Source of the DNA: Squalus acanthias
Lineage: Eukaryota
Direction of reading: 5' to 3'
Assembly (NCBI GenBank): GCA_030390025.1
Contig: CM059432.1
Coordinates: 143,284,001 to 143,348,000, forward strand
Length of the DNA: 64,000 nucleotides
Positions 50,392 through 63,809 of this stretch are shown piece after piece; position 1 is the first letter of the stretch; every line of letters starts with the position of its first letter. The notes below the pieces were generated by a model that saw only the letters and a list, made by a program, of their open reading frames with translations, did not search any database and was not told the DNA's origin. Made by a program: the position numbers and the translations under genes.

Positions 50392-51552
50392 CTAGAAGCG
50401 GCTTGCTATTAGTCGTTGACGGATGGCCCTTGCAGTTTGACCATTGTGGGCCGCCCTCCTGCCTTGGTGCTGCTGCTGATCATCGTCCTCGGCCTGTTCC
50501 TCCTCTTCCTCCTCCTCCTCTTGTGGTGCTGCAAGGCCTGGTGGCATTGGCTGCATCCTGAGGATTGCCATGTTGTGCAACATGCAGCACACCACTACGA
50601 ATTTGGAAACTTGCTCAGGCGAGTACTGCAGGGCTCCTCCGGAATGGTCCAGACAGCGGAATCGTTGTTTGAGCACGCCGATTGTGCGCTCAATAATGTT
50701 CCTCGTTGCTTGTTGGCTTTCCTGGTACCGCAGCTCAGCAGGGGTGTTTGGCGCACGGAGCGGTGTCATCAGCCAGGTGCTCAATGCGTACCCCTTGTCC
50801 CCCAGAAGCCAACCGACTGGCTGATGCGGTGCCTCGAAAATTTCTGCCACAGTACTCTGGCGCAGGATGAAAGCATCGTGGCAGCTGCCCGGATAGTGGG
50901 CATTGACAGCGAGAATCACCTGTCTGTGGTCACAGACCAACTGCACATTCAAGGAATGGAACCCCTTTCTGTTCCGGAACTCCTCTGCATTCTCTCGCGG
51001 AGCACGCAAAGCCACATGCGTGCAGTCAATGGCGCCCTGCACCATGGGGAAGCCCGCTACCCTCGCAAAGCCCATAGCACGGTCATGCTGCTTGTCTGGG
51101 GTCATAGGGAAGGAGATGAAGTCTCGTCTCCTTGTGAAGAGGGCATTGGTGACCTGCCGGATGCAGCGATGCACCGCAAACTGGGAGATATTGGCGAGGT
51201 CCCCAACAGCAGCTTGGAATGAGCCAGTGGCGTAGAAGTTCAAGGCCACTGTGACCTTCACTGCCACCGACAGAGACGTCCTGGACCTCAGCTGAGGCTG
51301 CAGATCTGGCTGCAGCAGGTGGCAGAGCTCAGTGACCACCTCCTTGCTGAATCGCAGCCTTCGCAAACACAGCTCCTCGGACATGTGGATGTAGGAGAGC
51401 TGTTCACGATATACCCTGGGAGGGTAAGCTCTCCTGTACATGCGCCTGATGGGCCTCCTCCGTCTGGCCATCATTGCCACTCTCTGTCTGCGTCTCACTC
51501 TGCTCCGATTGAGCTGGAGCAGGACGACGCCCCCAATCATTGCAGCCCCCAT
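50392..51552 (-). CDS. Harbinger DDE transposase, 386 aa
   Basis: Intact GAIDCTH / GDKGY / IERTIG triad. Confidence 0.94.
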   Translation of the reverse strand: MGAAMIGGVVLLQLNRSRVRRRQRVAMMARRRRPIRRMYRRAYPPRVYREQLSYIHMSEELCLRRLRFSKEVVTELCHLLQPDLQPQLRSRTSLSVAVKVTVALNFYATGSFQAAVGDLANISQFAVHRCIRQVTNALFTRRRDFISFPMTPDKQHDRAMGFARVAGFPMVQGAIDCTHVALRAPRENAEEFRNRKGFHSLNVQLVCDHRQVILAVNAHYPGSCHDAFILRQSTVAEIFEAPHQPVGWLLGDKGYALSTWLMTPLRAPNTPAELRYQESQQATRNIIERTIGVLKQRFRCLDHSGGALQYSPEQVSKFVVVCCMLHNMAILRMQPMPPGLAAPQEEEEEEEEQAEDDDQQQHQGRRAAHNGQTARAIRQRLIASRF

Positions 51553-52544
51553 CTTCTCTTTGCCAGAAAAGTAATGAGGTACAGCAACGAAAGTAGCAGC
51601 AAAGTTAGGATGAACTAGGCAAAACTACCTCACAAAGCGTTGAGTCAATGTAGAAGTCTCTCTCTCTCTCTCTCCGAATCTCTCTCTCTCTCTCAGAACG
51701 AGTGGTGCATAAATGTCGACCACAGAAAAAGACAGGAAGAGGCCCCCTTTAAATAGCGCCCCCCCCAGCCCCAGACCGATTGATAACGTTCCAGTCTTCT
51801 GGTCGTTGGAAGCGCCAGGCGGTAAGGCAGGGGGCGCCACTCAATTTCCGCTCCGGGGCGCCCCAAGGGCGTTGCACCACGGACTGACGTCACAATCTGC
51901 GCGCGCAGGTGGTCGCAGCGGTAAGTTTTAGCGCCGCCGCACAATCTCAAGTTAAGTTCTCGAGCGGCGCAAACAGCGCTGCGCCCGGGCGTTAGCGCCT
52001 TAACGCCCCATTAGCGCCCATTTAAGGCGCTAACGGGAGGCGCAACCAACTGAATTTTTACCCCCAAGAGTTATGCCGTGAGATGCAAATCCCCAGAACT
52101 TGCTGGTTGACCTATGCCGTTTCACTGTTTGCTTTGCACAAATGGCCTCTCACCCTTAGCCTCCCTGTTATTTCTAAGAACCTGCTGGATTTGCACATTA
52201 ATTGCCCGTTAAACTCGCCGCAGAAAGTTACGACTCATAATTAACAGCGTAAATACCTTTTTAACAATGTGATAATTGTTAATGCAATGCCAATCAACCT
52301 CTCTGGCCCAGAAAGGGAACAATTTAAACTGTCCAGTCTCATTCCTGCATGTAGTAAATTGTTGTTAGACATTTTAAAATGTCAAAATTAAAAAAAAATC
52401 TTACTTTTCCTTTCTGCCTCTTTGTACTTTCTCTCTTAATCCAATCTTTCTCTCTCTCTCTCTTTATTTATCTTGCTGTACCTGATTTGACTCTAATTCA
52501 CCATCCTTCTCCGCAGTCCCTCTTTGCTGGCACTTCAGGAGCGC

Positions 52545-52820
52545 TGCACTCTCGGAGGTGGCGCGTTTGGATGAAATGTTAAACTGAGGCCCCTTCTGCT
52601 CTCTCAGGTGGACGTAAAAGATCCCAAGGCACTATTTCGAAGAAGAGCAGGGGGAATTATCCCCGGTGCCCTGGACAATATGTATCCCTCAACCAACATC
52701 TCTAAAAATAGATTATCTGGTCATTATCACATTGCTGTTTGTGGGAGCTTGCTGTGTGCAAATTGGCTGCAGCGTTTGCTACATTACAACAGTAACTGTA
52801 CTTCAAAAGTACTTTATTGC
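52545..52820 (+). mobile_element. DeuSINE fragment
   Basis: Homologous to 30770-31100. Confidence 0.75.
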
Positions 52821-54569
52821 CTGATCCCTGCCCTATTTCCTCCATGAAGTCTGTGCAGACAATATTTAGGGTCAATGCCTGCAGCCTCAGTTTGGGGTGC
52901 GCCACCATCAGCTCTTCTCTATTATGTGCCTCTTTCTCTTGCAAGCAGAAACATATTGGCGGAGTACCGGAGGTTTGAAAAGCACAGAGATTTCGATGCG
53001 TGTGCTTACTCTTATTTCCCAAAATACGTGGGAGACTGTACACGCGCAGCATTGAAAATGGCTGCTGTTGGAAACTAGATTAACGTGCCAGAATTTTGCA
53101 GATATATGTGGCGCTTTGATTGAAGGTTCCCTTGGCAGTGTGAAGGTGTGATGTACCTCAAAAGATAGTTTGCATATGATTGCATGAAGGAAGCCCAGGA
53201 GATAATCATGCATCCCAATTCAAGGTGCCCCTGGTTAGGGTGACAGTCGTTGTTGCCTGCACACCATGACCTGAACATATGAACATACAAAAATGTCAGA
53301 CAAGGCAAGACTGGTTGGTCCATCTAAACCCGACCCATACAGTCTTGATGCACTGCGCATCGTGATTCAACAGCTGCGCTGGATATCCGCCCCTGGGGCA
53401 AACACACTCCCTACGCAATGCCCAATCTGCGCTGGGAAAGCAGTGCTAATATGGGAGTGAGCGCACCTCACAATGTACCGGGAGGTCCGCTTTTCTTGTC
53501 AGCGCGACCTGTGCGCATTTTCAAAGACCTTCTCCCGCCACTTAGATGGCGTGGTGGTCCAGCAAAATTCTGCCTTAGTTTGGGGGGCCGATGTGTTCTG
53601 CACGGGAACAAATGATTTCATTTCAACCAACGTGCACACATAATACAAAGGAATGTGTCGCTTTATTGGCAATGCTCAGCGATGAGCCGCTCTCAAGTGT
53701 ACAAAATAGCGTATGCTGAAGGAACGGCTTTGATGGGCCGAGTGGCTTGTTGCGTGCCCTTGATACTTATTTTAATTACCATACTTCTTCGTCGCGAAAT
53801 GATTTTTCCTATTTTTTGCCGTCAAAAGACTACAATGAAAGTGATTGATTGACATACATACAACTTTTCAGCTCACCCACATCAACATGTTAGGTTAACT
53901 CGCCCCTGCCCGCTGGAACCCCCCTCACCTTGCCACACCTCCGCCCTCCTTTCAAAATCTCCCGACCACCTTCCCTTGCTGTCGGCTCCACCCTTTTCTT
54001 TTCTCCACTCTGTGAAGCTCTTTGTAAATGACTTTTGTTGATAAGTAAGCTCCGAGCCCTGGGGCCAGTGGCAGAAAAAGGAATATTTACAATAATTTCC
54101 AGGAGAGGGGTAATGTCCTGAAAGGACTGACTATGTTAGTGAGGTTACTTAGTTGTAATGTAGCAGGCTACATACTGGGATTCAAGGATTATTATTTAGT
54201 TGCTTAATGGCAGCATTTGATGATAATCCAGGTAACTTCAGCAGGCACATATGATTTCCCTATGCCTGAAACAGCAACATATTATAGCAGGAAGCAATCT
54301 TATTCGATGAAATAGCACCAAGAAAGTAATAAGCAACAGGAAATGTAATGGGTTTTCTCAGTCATAAAGCACAAATAGGACACTCGAGTCCAAATGTCAT
54401 GAAGCAGCTGAGCAGAGAGTCGGTTTTCTAGGTACCCACAGTGAGCACACTTCCCTTCAATACTTCAGAGGCAATCTGGCAACATTAAGGATGATTATAC
54501 CTGAGGTTTCTCGCTATACGTATAAGAAGGGAAGGATGGGGAGAAAATTGCCTGGGAAAAAAAAACCTG

Positions 54570-55515
54570 AAGACTAAGGACAGCCCTAACTTTACATCTC
54601 TAACTTTTTCCAGTTCTGACGAAAAGGTCATCCAACCTGAAACCATGGGGGTGATTTTATCAATGGGGACGTGATGGAGGCGGGGCTGCTGCTTGTCGGG
54701 TTTTAGTCCCGCCTCCATCGACGTCCGGCCAACCCACGCTCTTTTCCCTTGATTGACCTTGTTAAGCCCGCCTAGCGGGCTTAGCAGGCCAATTAAGGGA
54801 AAGCCGGTGACAGAGAACATCAGCGCATGACGTTTCATCTGTCAAGATTTTTTGACAGATGAATTGTCATCGTTTGACAGCACTGTCTTCTAAGTTGAGT
54901 CTTTTACTCAAGGCTCACTTAGAAAGCTTTCCTGAGCAGAAAGCAGAAGGCTGTTGCATCGGAGAATGCAGCAGTCATTCTGTCATCTCTGCCGGTGAGA
55001 TGAGGCAGCTCCGCAGCCTAATGGGATGAAGCCTGGAGGAAGAAGGTAAGTAATCTTATTAAAAAACACTTTAGAGTCACCTCACACACTTACCTCTCCA
55101 CACTTGCACTCATCACTCACCTGCACAGCGCACTTTTCGGCCCCTCCGACCCCCGCAGACCCACGGCTCGCCTCGCTGACCCTGGCGAGGTTCGGAGCCG
55201 TCGGGAAGCCCACACTTTAGGGCTCAAAATAGGGAGTTAATTGGCACCAATCCTCTTCCTGCCTCCAGGAGATGGGACCCGGCGCAGGTCGGGTACCCGC
55301 CTCCTGGGAAGATGGCACGGGGGCGGGTTGGGGGCGGGATGGGTACCCGCTCCAGATTCTGCCATTTTCCCGGCAGTCCCGCCTCCATACCCGCCTCCGC
55401 AGGGCTGGCAAAATCGCCCCCGTTAACTCTAGTTCTCTCTCCACAGATGCTGCCTGACCTGCTGAGTGTTTTCTGTTTTGATTTCAGATTTCCAGCATCA
55501 GCAGTATTTTGCTTC
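54570..55515 (+). mobile_element. Penelope pLTR fragment split by a MITE
   Basis: 54570-54645 plus 55421-55515 resembles 5460-5590. Confidence 0.65.
54647..55421. mobile_element. Harbinger-type MITE
   Basis: TIRs gggggtgatttt / aaaatcgccccc. Confidence 0.78.
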
Positions 55516-56334
55516 TGTAGTAAAGACAGCCCATTTTTCGAATGTTGACTGTCCCTTTAGAACTTCAGCAGTCAGTGGCGAGTGAATAGCACATGCATAG
55601 CCCTGGGACAAACGGGACAACCGGATGGAAATCTGAAATAAAAACAAGGCTGGAAATACAGGGGTCAGTTTTCTGAATGGCTGCTCCTGGTGCTGAGCCA
55701 CCCCTGCCTCGAGCTCCTATGGGGAAACCGCAGGCACACTCCCCATGATTTTACACCCATTCATTTTAATGCACGAGCAAGCCTGAGATTTCCAGAAACC
55801 TGCTCCCAGGGGGAGCCAGCATTCGGAAACATGACCTTTTCTGGGTTGAACGCCTTCATAAAATTGAAAAGCGGCCTTAACCTGAACCCATTTCTCTTGT
55901 TTTCAGATGCCATTGGAGCCGTATACTTTCAGACTGTTATGTTTCTACTGACGTGTAAACTGAACAATGGTACAGTATAACACTGCGCTATCCATTCACA
56001 CAGCCTCAAAAAGCAGCTTATAAATGTAAGTCTTTCTTTCCGCTATCGGTGTCAAACTTGTACCTGCAGTACAAGTACAATAAAGACTGTGTAACTACTT
56101 TCCAATTAGTTCCACTCACCCCCATGGGGCAGGGGTGTAACCAGTGGACTAGAACAAAAATTTGTTATCCTGTCAGTACCGTCTGGGAGTGGGATGGGGT
56201 GGGATTGGGGAGATCTCACAATTCTTGATAGTGAAAGGCCACTGGGTGGACATTGTGCATCAATCATGTTACACATTAGAAAATTCAACCTTCATCTGTT
56301 GTTAACATTTGCCATGCATCGATGAAAATAAGAA

Positions 56335-56662
56335 AGAAGACTTGCATTTATATACTGTAGCGCCTTTCACAATCTCAGGATGGCCCAAAGCTCTTCACAG
56401 TCAATAAAATACTTTTTGAAGTGGAGTCACTGTTGTAATGTAGGAAATGAGGCAGCCAATTCACACACAGCAGGTTCCCACAAACAGCAATGTGATAACG
56501 ACCAGATAATCTGCTTTTTAGTGATGCTGATTGAGGGATAAATATTGGCCAGGATACCGGGGAGAACTCCTCTGCTCTTCTTCGAGATAGTACCACAGGA
56601 TCTTTTACGTCCACCTGAGAGAGCAGACGGAGCCTTGGTTTAATGTCTCATCTGAAAGACGG
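56335..56662 (-). mobile_element. DeuSINE fragment
   Basis: Reverse complement of 30810-31100. Confidence 0.78.
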
Positions 56663-57772
56663 TGAGATCACCTCTCATTCTTCTAAACTCCAGAGAAATA
56701 GGCACATTCTACTCAATCTCACCTCATAGGACAACCCTCTCATCCCAGGAATCAACCTAGTGAATCTTTGTTGCACCGCCTCAGATAAGCAAACCAAAAC
56801 TGCACACAGTACTCCAGGTGTGGTCTCACCAACAAGACTTCCTTACTTTTATACTCCAACCCCCTTGCAATAAAGGCTGGAAATACCAATTGCCTTCCTA
56901 ATTGCTTGCTGTAGCTGCATGTTAACTTTCTGTGATTCATGAACAAGAATTCCCAAATCGCTCTAAATACCAACATTTGCTAGTCTCGCACTTTTAAAAA
57001 ATATTCTGCTTTGCTATTCTTCCAACCAAAGTGGATAATTTCACATTTCCCCACATTATACTCCATCTGCCACCTTTTTGCCCAGTCACTTAACCGGCCT
57101 ATATCACTTAGCAGCTTCTTTGTGCCCTCGTCACAGCTTACTGTCCCACCCAGCTTTGTATCGTCAGCAAACTTGGATATATTACACTCGGTCCCCTCAT
57201 CTATGTCATTGACATAGATTGTAAATAGCTGAGGCCCAAGCACTGTTCCTTGCGGTATCCCATTAGTTACAAACTGCCAACCTGAAAATGACCCGTGTAT
57301 CCCTACTCTCTGTTTTCTGTCCGTTAACCAATCCTCAATCCATGCTAGTATATTACCCCCAATCCCATGAGCCCTTATCTTGCGTAACAACCTCTTACTA
57401 TTTTGATCAAACCAATCAATTATCTGTAACTAAATAAAACTTTAAAGGAAACTTAACAAATCAAATTAAAATTTGGTAGTCCGGGGTGACGATGCACTCC
57501 AGCCCCCGCGGCGCCCACCGGTCGCGGAAAAACTCAAGCGTGCCGGCGGACACCGCGTGCTCCATCTCCAGGGCCACCCTGGGCGCGAACATGGCCGCGG
57601 AAGAGAGGCAGGCAATGTAACAACCTCTTGTGTGGCACCTTATCAAAAACCTTCTGAAAATCCAAATATACTACATATACTGATTTCCCCCTTATCTACC
57701 CTATCAGTTACACCCTCAAAAAATTCTAATAGATTTATCAAACATGATTTCTTTTATTTAAAACCGTGTTGA
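56663..57772 (-). mobile_element. CR1 RT fragment
   Basis: GIPQGTVLGPQLF and FADDTKLGG motifs. Confidence 0.88.
57397..57616 (-). mobile_element. 5'-truncated Tx1/L1-like LINE 3' end
   Basis: 13-bp TSD gtaacaacctctt (57384-57396, 57617-57629); RVALEMEHAVSAGTLEFFRDRW C-terminus. Confidence 0.65.
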
Positions 57773-58654
57773 TTGTGGGAGTTAGAGGCTAAAAAACCTG
57801 CTAGAAAATAAAGTCAGCTACCTTGTTCAATCTCTTTAGTAGACAAACATAACTCTGGAAAGCCCCCATATCTCAAACCCCAGCTCTTGAGTGGCACAGG
57901 GCTTCAACAGAAATGACCTTTTAAACACAGAATGCTGCTGCATTGATCATTTTAATTGTTTCTTCTGTAAAAATTGTAATTTATTAATCTATCCAGCTTT
58001 CTTCCCACTCTACTGCAGCAACATTTTCACACTTCTTCAGTGCCCCAGCATCAACCATTTTGTCCTCTCCTTCAATAGCCCAACCCCACTCTTTCAGCTT
58101 TGGGGGTAACTAGTGACCCTGGTCTACACCGAACACAAACAGTAGAAGTAGAGATATGGGCTAAAAAGACTGAACCATAAATAACATAACTACCTTGCCT
58201 TTCTAATCAATTTGACTCCCTTCATTTTATCTCGGCCTTATAGCGAGCTCTTGTAGTGTTGTTCCTGTTGAGTCGGATGATACAGGAGGGAACGTTATAC
58301 CGTGTAATGCACAATTTCTTATTCAGGTGATACGGTGGAGTCGTGTCCATTTAAAGCCACAAAGTCTAAGGTACAAGGTTTGAGAAGTAGCTCTCTGCCC
58401 TTTATAATTTCTGCATTATTTCCTATGTGGGTAGAAAGTGCATTACTGCAAGCTATGCAATAAATGACTGCCAGAGGGAAGAATTTGATTTATTCAAGTA
58501 GCTGTGCCTCAAAGTTCTTTCTTGTCTAGTTCAGACAAGGCTGTCTTTAACCCTTGAGAACTGCTGCAGTATTTCTAATTGTTGATAAGAAACAGCCTCA
58601 GTGTGAGGTAGAAATTAACTGTTTGGTGAGGGAACTGTAGAGGAGACGTCAATG

Positions 58655-59805
58655 GATTGAGTAGAATAGGCCTATATTCTCTGGAGTTTAGAAGAATGAG
58701 AGGTGATCTCATTGAAACATGTAAGATTCTGAAGGGGATTGACAGGGTAGATGCTGGGAGGCTGTTTCCCCTGGCTGGAGAGTCTAGAACTAGGGGGCAT
58801 AGTCTCAGGATAAGGGGTTGGCCATTTCGGACTGAGATGAGGAGGAATTTCTTCACTCAGAGGGTGGTGAATCTTTGGAATTCTCTGCCCCAGAGGGCTG
58901 TGGATGCTCAGTCATTGAGTATATTGAAGGGTGAGATTTGATAGATTCTTGGGCACTAATGGTATCAAGGGATATGGAGATGGGGGGGGCAAGTGGAATT
59001 GATGTAGAAGTTCATCCATGATCTTATTGAATGGCGGAGCAGGCTCGAGGGGCTGTTTGGCCTAGTCATGCTCCTATTTCTTATGTTCTTGACTCTGCCT
59101 AATCCTATTATTATTTTCTAAGTGCCCTGTTATGATGTCCTTAATAATAGATTCTAGCATTTTCCCTACTACTGATGTCAGGCTATCTAGTCTATAGTTC
59201 TCTGTTTTCTCTCTCTCTCCTTTCTTGAATAGCGGTGTTATATTTGCTACCTTCCAATCCACTGGGACCGTTCTAGAATCTAGGGAATTCTGGAAGATCA
59301 AAACCAATGCATCCACTATCTCTGCTGCCACCTCTTTTAAAATTCTAGGATGTAGGCCATCAGGTCCAGGGGATTTGTCGGCTTTTAGTCCCATTAATTT
59401 CTCCAGTACTTTTCTTTACTATTTTTAATTACTTTAAGTTCCTCACTCTCATTAGATCCTTGGTTCCCCATTATTTCTGGTATGTTTTTTGTTTCTCCCA
59501 CTGTGAATACAGATACAAAATACTTGTTTAATGTCTCTGCCATTTCCTTATTTCCCATTATAATTTCTCCTGTGTCTACCTCTAAGGGACCCAATGTTTA
59601 CTTTCGCTAATCTCTTCCTTTTACATACTTGTAGCTCTTCCAATCTGTTTTTGTATTTCTTGCTAGTTTATTCTCATATTCTATTTTCTCCCTCTTTATC
59701 AATTTCTTGGTCACCCTTTGCTGATTTTTAAAACCCTCTCAATCCTCAGGCTTACTACTCTTTATGGCAACATTGGAAGCCTCTTTTAATCGAATACTAT
59801 CCTTT
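58655..59805. mobile_element. CR1 fragments (3' end on +, EN-RT linker on -)
   Basis: GLYSLEFRRMRGDL and KSPGPDGLHPRILKE motifs. Confidence 0.87.
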
Positions 59806-59807
59806 AA

Positions 59808-59977
59808 TATTTAACGTCTCATCCGAAAGACGGCACCTCCGACAGTGCAGCGCTCCCTCAGCACTGCACTGGGAGTGTCAGCCTAGATTTTGTGTTCAAG
59901 TCTCTGGAGTGGGACTATGAACCCACGACTTTCTGGCGTAGATGCGAGAGTGCTACCAACTGAGCCACGGCTGACAC
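59808..59977 (-). mobile_element. DeuSINE 5' portion with tRNA head
   Basis: A-box tggctcagttgg and B-box-like motif, followed by the Deu-domain start. Confidence 0.8.
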
Positions 59978-60509
59978 AATGAGAGAAATAAGTGTTTGTG
60001 GTATCGTTAGAGCTTACATTCTGGTAAATGGGGTCCACCAGTATGCTCTATAATTGTCACGTCAACAGAAAGTGTTGGATATTTTCCAGTGGCTGCCTTC
60101 AGTGTATCCCCTACCAGGTGCAGCTGTGATGTCTCAACTCCTTATTTAGGTTATTCTTCGTTTCCATGATGGACTCTGTCACTTAAATTTGCACAGCAGG
60201 GCCATAGTAATCAGTCAGGCTGGATTATGATGGTCCTATGTAGGGACCCTAAATCACTACCAGCTCTTTCGATGCTAAGCGAGAAAAAAAAAACTGCAAA
60301 TACTGGAAATCTGAAATACAAGCAGAAAGTTCCGGAATAATGCAGCATCTTGATCAGCTTCTGAGAAGAGAAAGGTTAGGCTAATGGTTTGGGTAGAAAC
60401 TCTGTCAAAATTGAGAAAGGTTCTCTGCCCGATACATTAACCAACGGTTTCTCCCTCCAAATGCGGATTGCTGTACCATGTATTTCCAACATATTCGGTT
60501 GCAACTGGC

Positions 60510-60755
60510 TCAGTAATGTCCTTTAGGGAAGGAAACCTGCCGTCCTTACCCGGTCTGGGCCTATATGTGACTTTCAGTCCCACACCAATATGGTTGACTC
60601 TTAAATGCCCTCTGAAGTGGCCTAGCGAGCCACTCTGTTGTTTCAAAACCATTACAAAGAATACGGACTGCAACAGTTCAATATGGTCCATCATCACCTT
60701 CTCAGGGCAATAAGTGCTGGCCTTGCCACCAACGCCAACATCCTGAGAATGAATT
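60510..60755 (+). mobile_element. SINE 3' portion
   Basis: Homologous to 8540-8680. Confidence 0.6.
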
Positions 60756-60899
60756 AAAATAATATACGGGGGGGAGGGGGTGGTGAGTGGAGGAGAAAGA
60801 GTAGATAATAAATTAAAATCTAAATATGTTTTAAAGTGAGAAATCCGGATGTCATGACTGGGATTTGTATTTACAGAAGCAGTCATAGTAGAAGTGCCA

Positions 60900-61245
60900 T
60901 AGGGTACTTGATAGTGTAGATAGAGAGAAACTATTTCCTCTGGTGGGGTGAGTCCAGAACAAGGGGGTATAACCTTAAAATTAGAGCCAGGCCGTTCAAG
61001 GGTGATGTCAGGAAGCAATTCTTCACACAAAGAATAGTGAAAATCTGGAACTCTCTGCCCCGAATGGTTGTTGAGGCTGGCAGGGGGGGGTCAATTGAAA
61101 ATTTCAAAACGGAGTTTTTTGTTGGGCAAGGGTATTAAGGGTTACGGAAAGAAGGCGGGTGGATGGAGTCAACATGCAGATCAGCCATGATCCAATTGAA
61201 TGGCGGAACAGGCTCGAGGGGCTGAATGGCCTCCTCCTGTTCCTA
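60900..61245 (+). mobile_element. CR1 3' end
   Basis: [14 protein letters not shown] and CR1 tail. Confidence 0.8.
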
Positions 61246-61459
61246 TCGGTCGCAGACTGCGACCTACATATGATGTGTGGCTGGCAGGCCCAAGGTACAG
61301 CACTGGCTGTGGGTTGTAATCAGCTCAGCAATAAGGAAGCATGAGCGAGCATTTGCAAAGCTCTATTCCCTGGGCAGCCATTTATTTTTAATGATCTGCG
61401 AGTCAAAAATTGGTTTATGAAGTTCCCAAAAGATGCCACCGACTGCCTCGTCACTTTTT

Positions 61460-61680
61460 AAATGTGAGAAGTCGCACAACACCAGGTTATAGTCCAACAG
61501 CTTTATTTGAAATCACAAGCTTTCGGAGCGCTGCTCCTTCGTCAGGTGAAGTGAAGAGACTGACGAAGGAACAGCGCTCCGAAAGCTTGTGATTTCAAAT
61601 AAAGCTGTTGGACTATAACCTGGTGTTGTGCGACTTCTCACATTTGTCCACCCCAGTCCAACACCGGCATCTCCACATCA
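61460..61680. mobile_element. Penelope-type short insertion with an 86-bp inverted repeat
   Basis: Arms 61460-61545 and 61560-61645; CTGACGA/GAAA core in each arm. Confidence 0.75.
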
Positions 61681-62059
61681 TCATTTTTTAAGATGGGGCT
61701 TTGTTGCCAGGCTGGAATTATATACCTGGTGCAAAGTCCAAGTGATGTGAGACTGCCTACTAGAGGTGGTCTTACAACTCCTGGCTTCAGTGGGCTTTAA
61801 GAGTCTGATTACTGGCCTGGATCCTAAGGTACACTGCCACTGTCATATTGATGTGTACTCAAAACCACTTTGCATCAATCTGTGGCCAAATGCACACGGC
61901 AATAGGAAAGGGGGAGGCCAGAAGAAGTGTTTTCACATATTGGTTAAAAAGGAATTGGGCATGTTTTTGAAAAGGATATAGTGAAATGGGTTTAGAATAG
62001 ATTAGAACTAACAACAGCACAGGTACAATGAGTCAAACGGTCTCCCTCTGTATTACATA

Positions 62060-63185
62060 GTATTTACAGCACAGTAACAGGCCATTCGGCCCAACTGGTC
62101 TCTGCTGGTGTTTATGCTCCACCTGAGCTTCCACTCACCATACTTCATCTCACCCTATCAGCTTTTCCTTCTATTCCTTTCTCCCTCATGTACTTATATC
62201 ACTTCCCCTTAAATGCCTCTACACTATTCGCCTCCCTGCGGTAGCGAGTTCCACATTCTCACCACTCTCTGGGGTAAAGAAGTTTCTCCTGAATTCCTTA
62301 TTGGATTTATAAGTGACTATCTTATATTTATGGACCCTAGTTTTAGACTCCCCCCACGAGTGTGATTTGTGTATCTGTACCCCTAGATCCGGAGAAGTGT
62401 GAGGTAATGCATTTGGGGAGGGCTAAGAAGGCAAGGGAATACACTATAAATGGTAGGACACTGAGAAGTGCAGAGGATCAGAGGGACCTTGGAGTGCATG
62501 TCCACAGATCCCTGAAGGTAGCAGGACAGGTAGATCAGGTGGTTAAGAAGGCATACGGGATACTTGCCTTTATTAGCCGAGGCATAGAATATAAGAGCAG
62601 GGAGGTTATGCTTGAACTGTATAAAACACTAGTTAGGCTGCAGCTAGAATACTGCGTGCAGTTCTGGTCACCACATTACAGGAAGGATGTGATTGCACTA
62701 GAGAGGGTGCAGAGGAGATTTACGAGGATGTTGCCTGGGCTGGGGAATTTTAGCTATGAGGAAAGATTGGATAGGCTGGGGTTGTTTTCTTTGGAACAGA
62801 GGAGGCTGAGGGGAGATCTAATTGAAGTGTATAAAATTATGAGGGGCCAAGATAGAGTGGATAGGAAGGGCCTATTTCCTTTAGCAAAGTGGTCAATAAC
62901 CAGGGGGCATAGATTTAAAGTAATTGGTAGGAGGATTAGAGGGGATTTGAGGGGAAATCTCTTCACCCAGTGGGTGTTTGGGGTCTGGGACTCACTGCCT
63001 GAAAGGGTGGCAGAGGCAGAAACCCTCATCACATTTAAAAAGTACTTGGGTATGAGGTTGAAGTGCCGTAACCTACAAGGCTACGGACCAAGTGCTGGAA
63101 AGTGGGATTAGGCTGGATGGCTCTTTGTCGGCCGGCATGGACAAGATGGGCCGAATGGCCTCCTTCTGTGCTGTAAATTTCTATG
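62060..63185. mobile_element. CR1 3' fragments (- then +)
   Basis: ORF 62362-63111 encodes the CR1 RT C-terminus; CR1 tails present. Confidence 0.88.
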
Positions 63186-63809
63186 ACCCCTTTGCAACTC
63201 TAGCCCATTTAGATTGTATGCCCAGTAATATATTCGATTATCACCATAGTAGCAGCCTGGGCCTTGTAATTTAAAAGATTGTCAGAGCTCCAGCTTTATC
63301 AAGCAGTATTGTCTGTGATTTTATCGAGTGTTTGCAAACACAGATGTAACCGAATTTGTTGTGGTGTGAAGGAATGCTAACTGAAGGAGCTGATGGATGA
63401 GTCTGAGTGACAGAGGTATTTCCATTGATTAAAAGCAGCTCACAACAACGTGATGAATGTAAATGAATAGCAACTTGTAAGGAACTGCTGCAAACTTTTG
63501 AGCAGCTGGACTGGAACACTAGTCAGGAGAAAGATGATGGATTGCACATCTGGCTCATCTGTGTCGAACCAGTCCAATAACCTCTGGGTACTTCTGGCCT
63601 GATGGAGAGGCCTGTGAGATCTCAAACTTGGCTCTGATGTTTCACCTGGGCACAGAAGCAGCTGGTTTGCATGACTGGAGGTCAAGAAACTCTTTGCCTC
63701 ACCGGTTTTACTTTGAAAATGCAAGACCACGGATGCTGCCCACATTCAGGGAGGCTGCAGTGTGCAGAGAAACCTCAACGCCCACTGACAACATTCCCTA
63801 TTTTGTTTT

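Larger units (their letters stand above)
47776..52064 (-). mobile_element. PIF/Harbinger transposon copy C, full length, apparently intact
   Basis: TIRs ggggtagaaatt / aatttttacccc; TSD caa; inverted relative to B. Confidence 0.95.
47688..53575. mobile_element. Older non-autonomous Harbinger-type element hosting copy C and a DeuSINE
   Basis: Imperfect TIRs aggccgcattttgctggac / gtccagcaaaattctgcct. Confidence 0.6.

Noticed and set aside
55907..56025. Exon-like segment with good acceptor and donor
   Set aside because: Stops in all three frames; could only be non-coding and has no support
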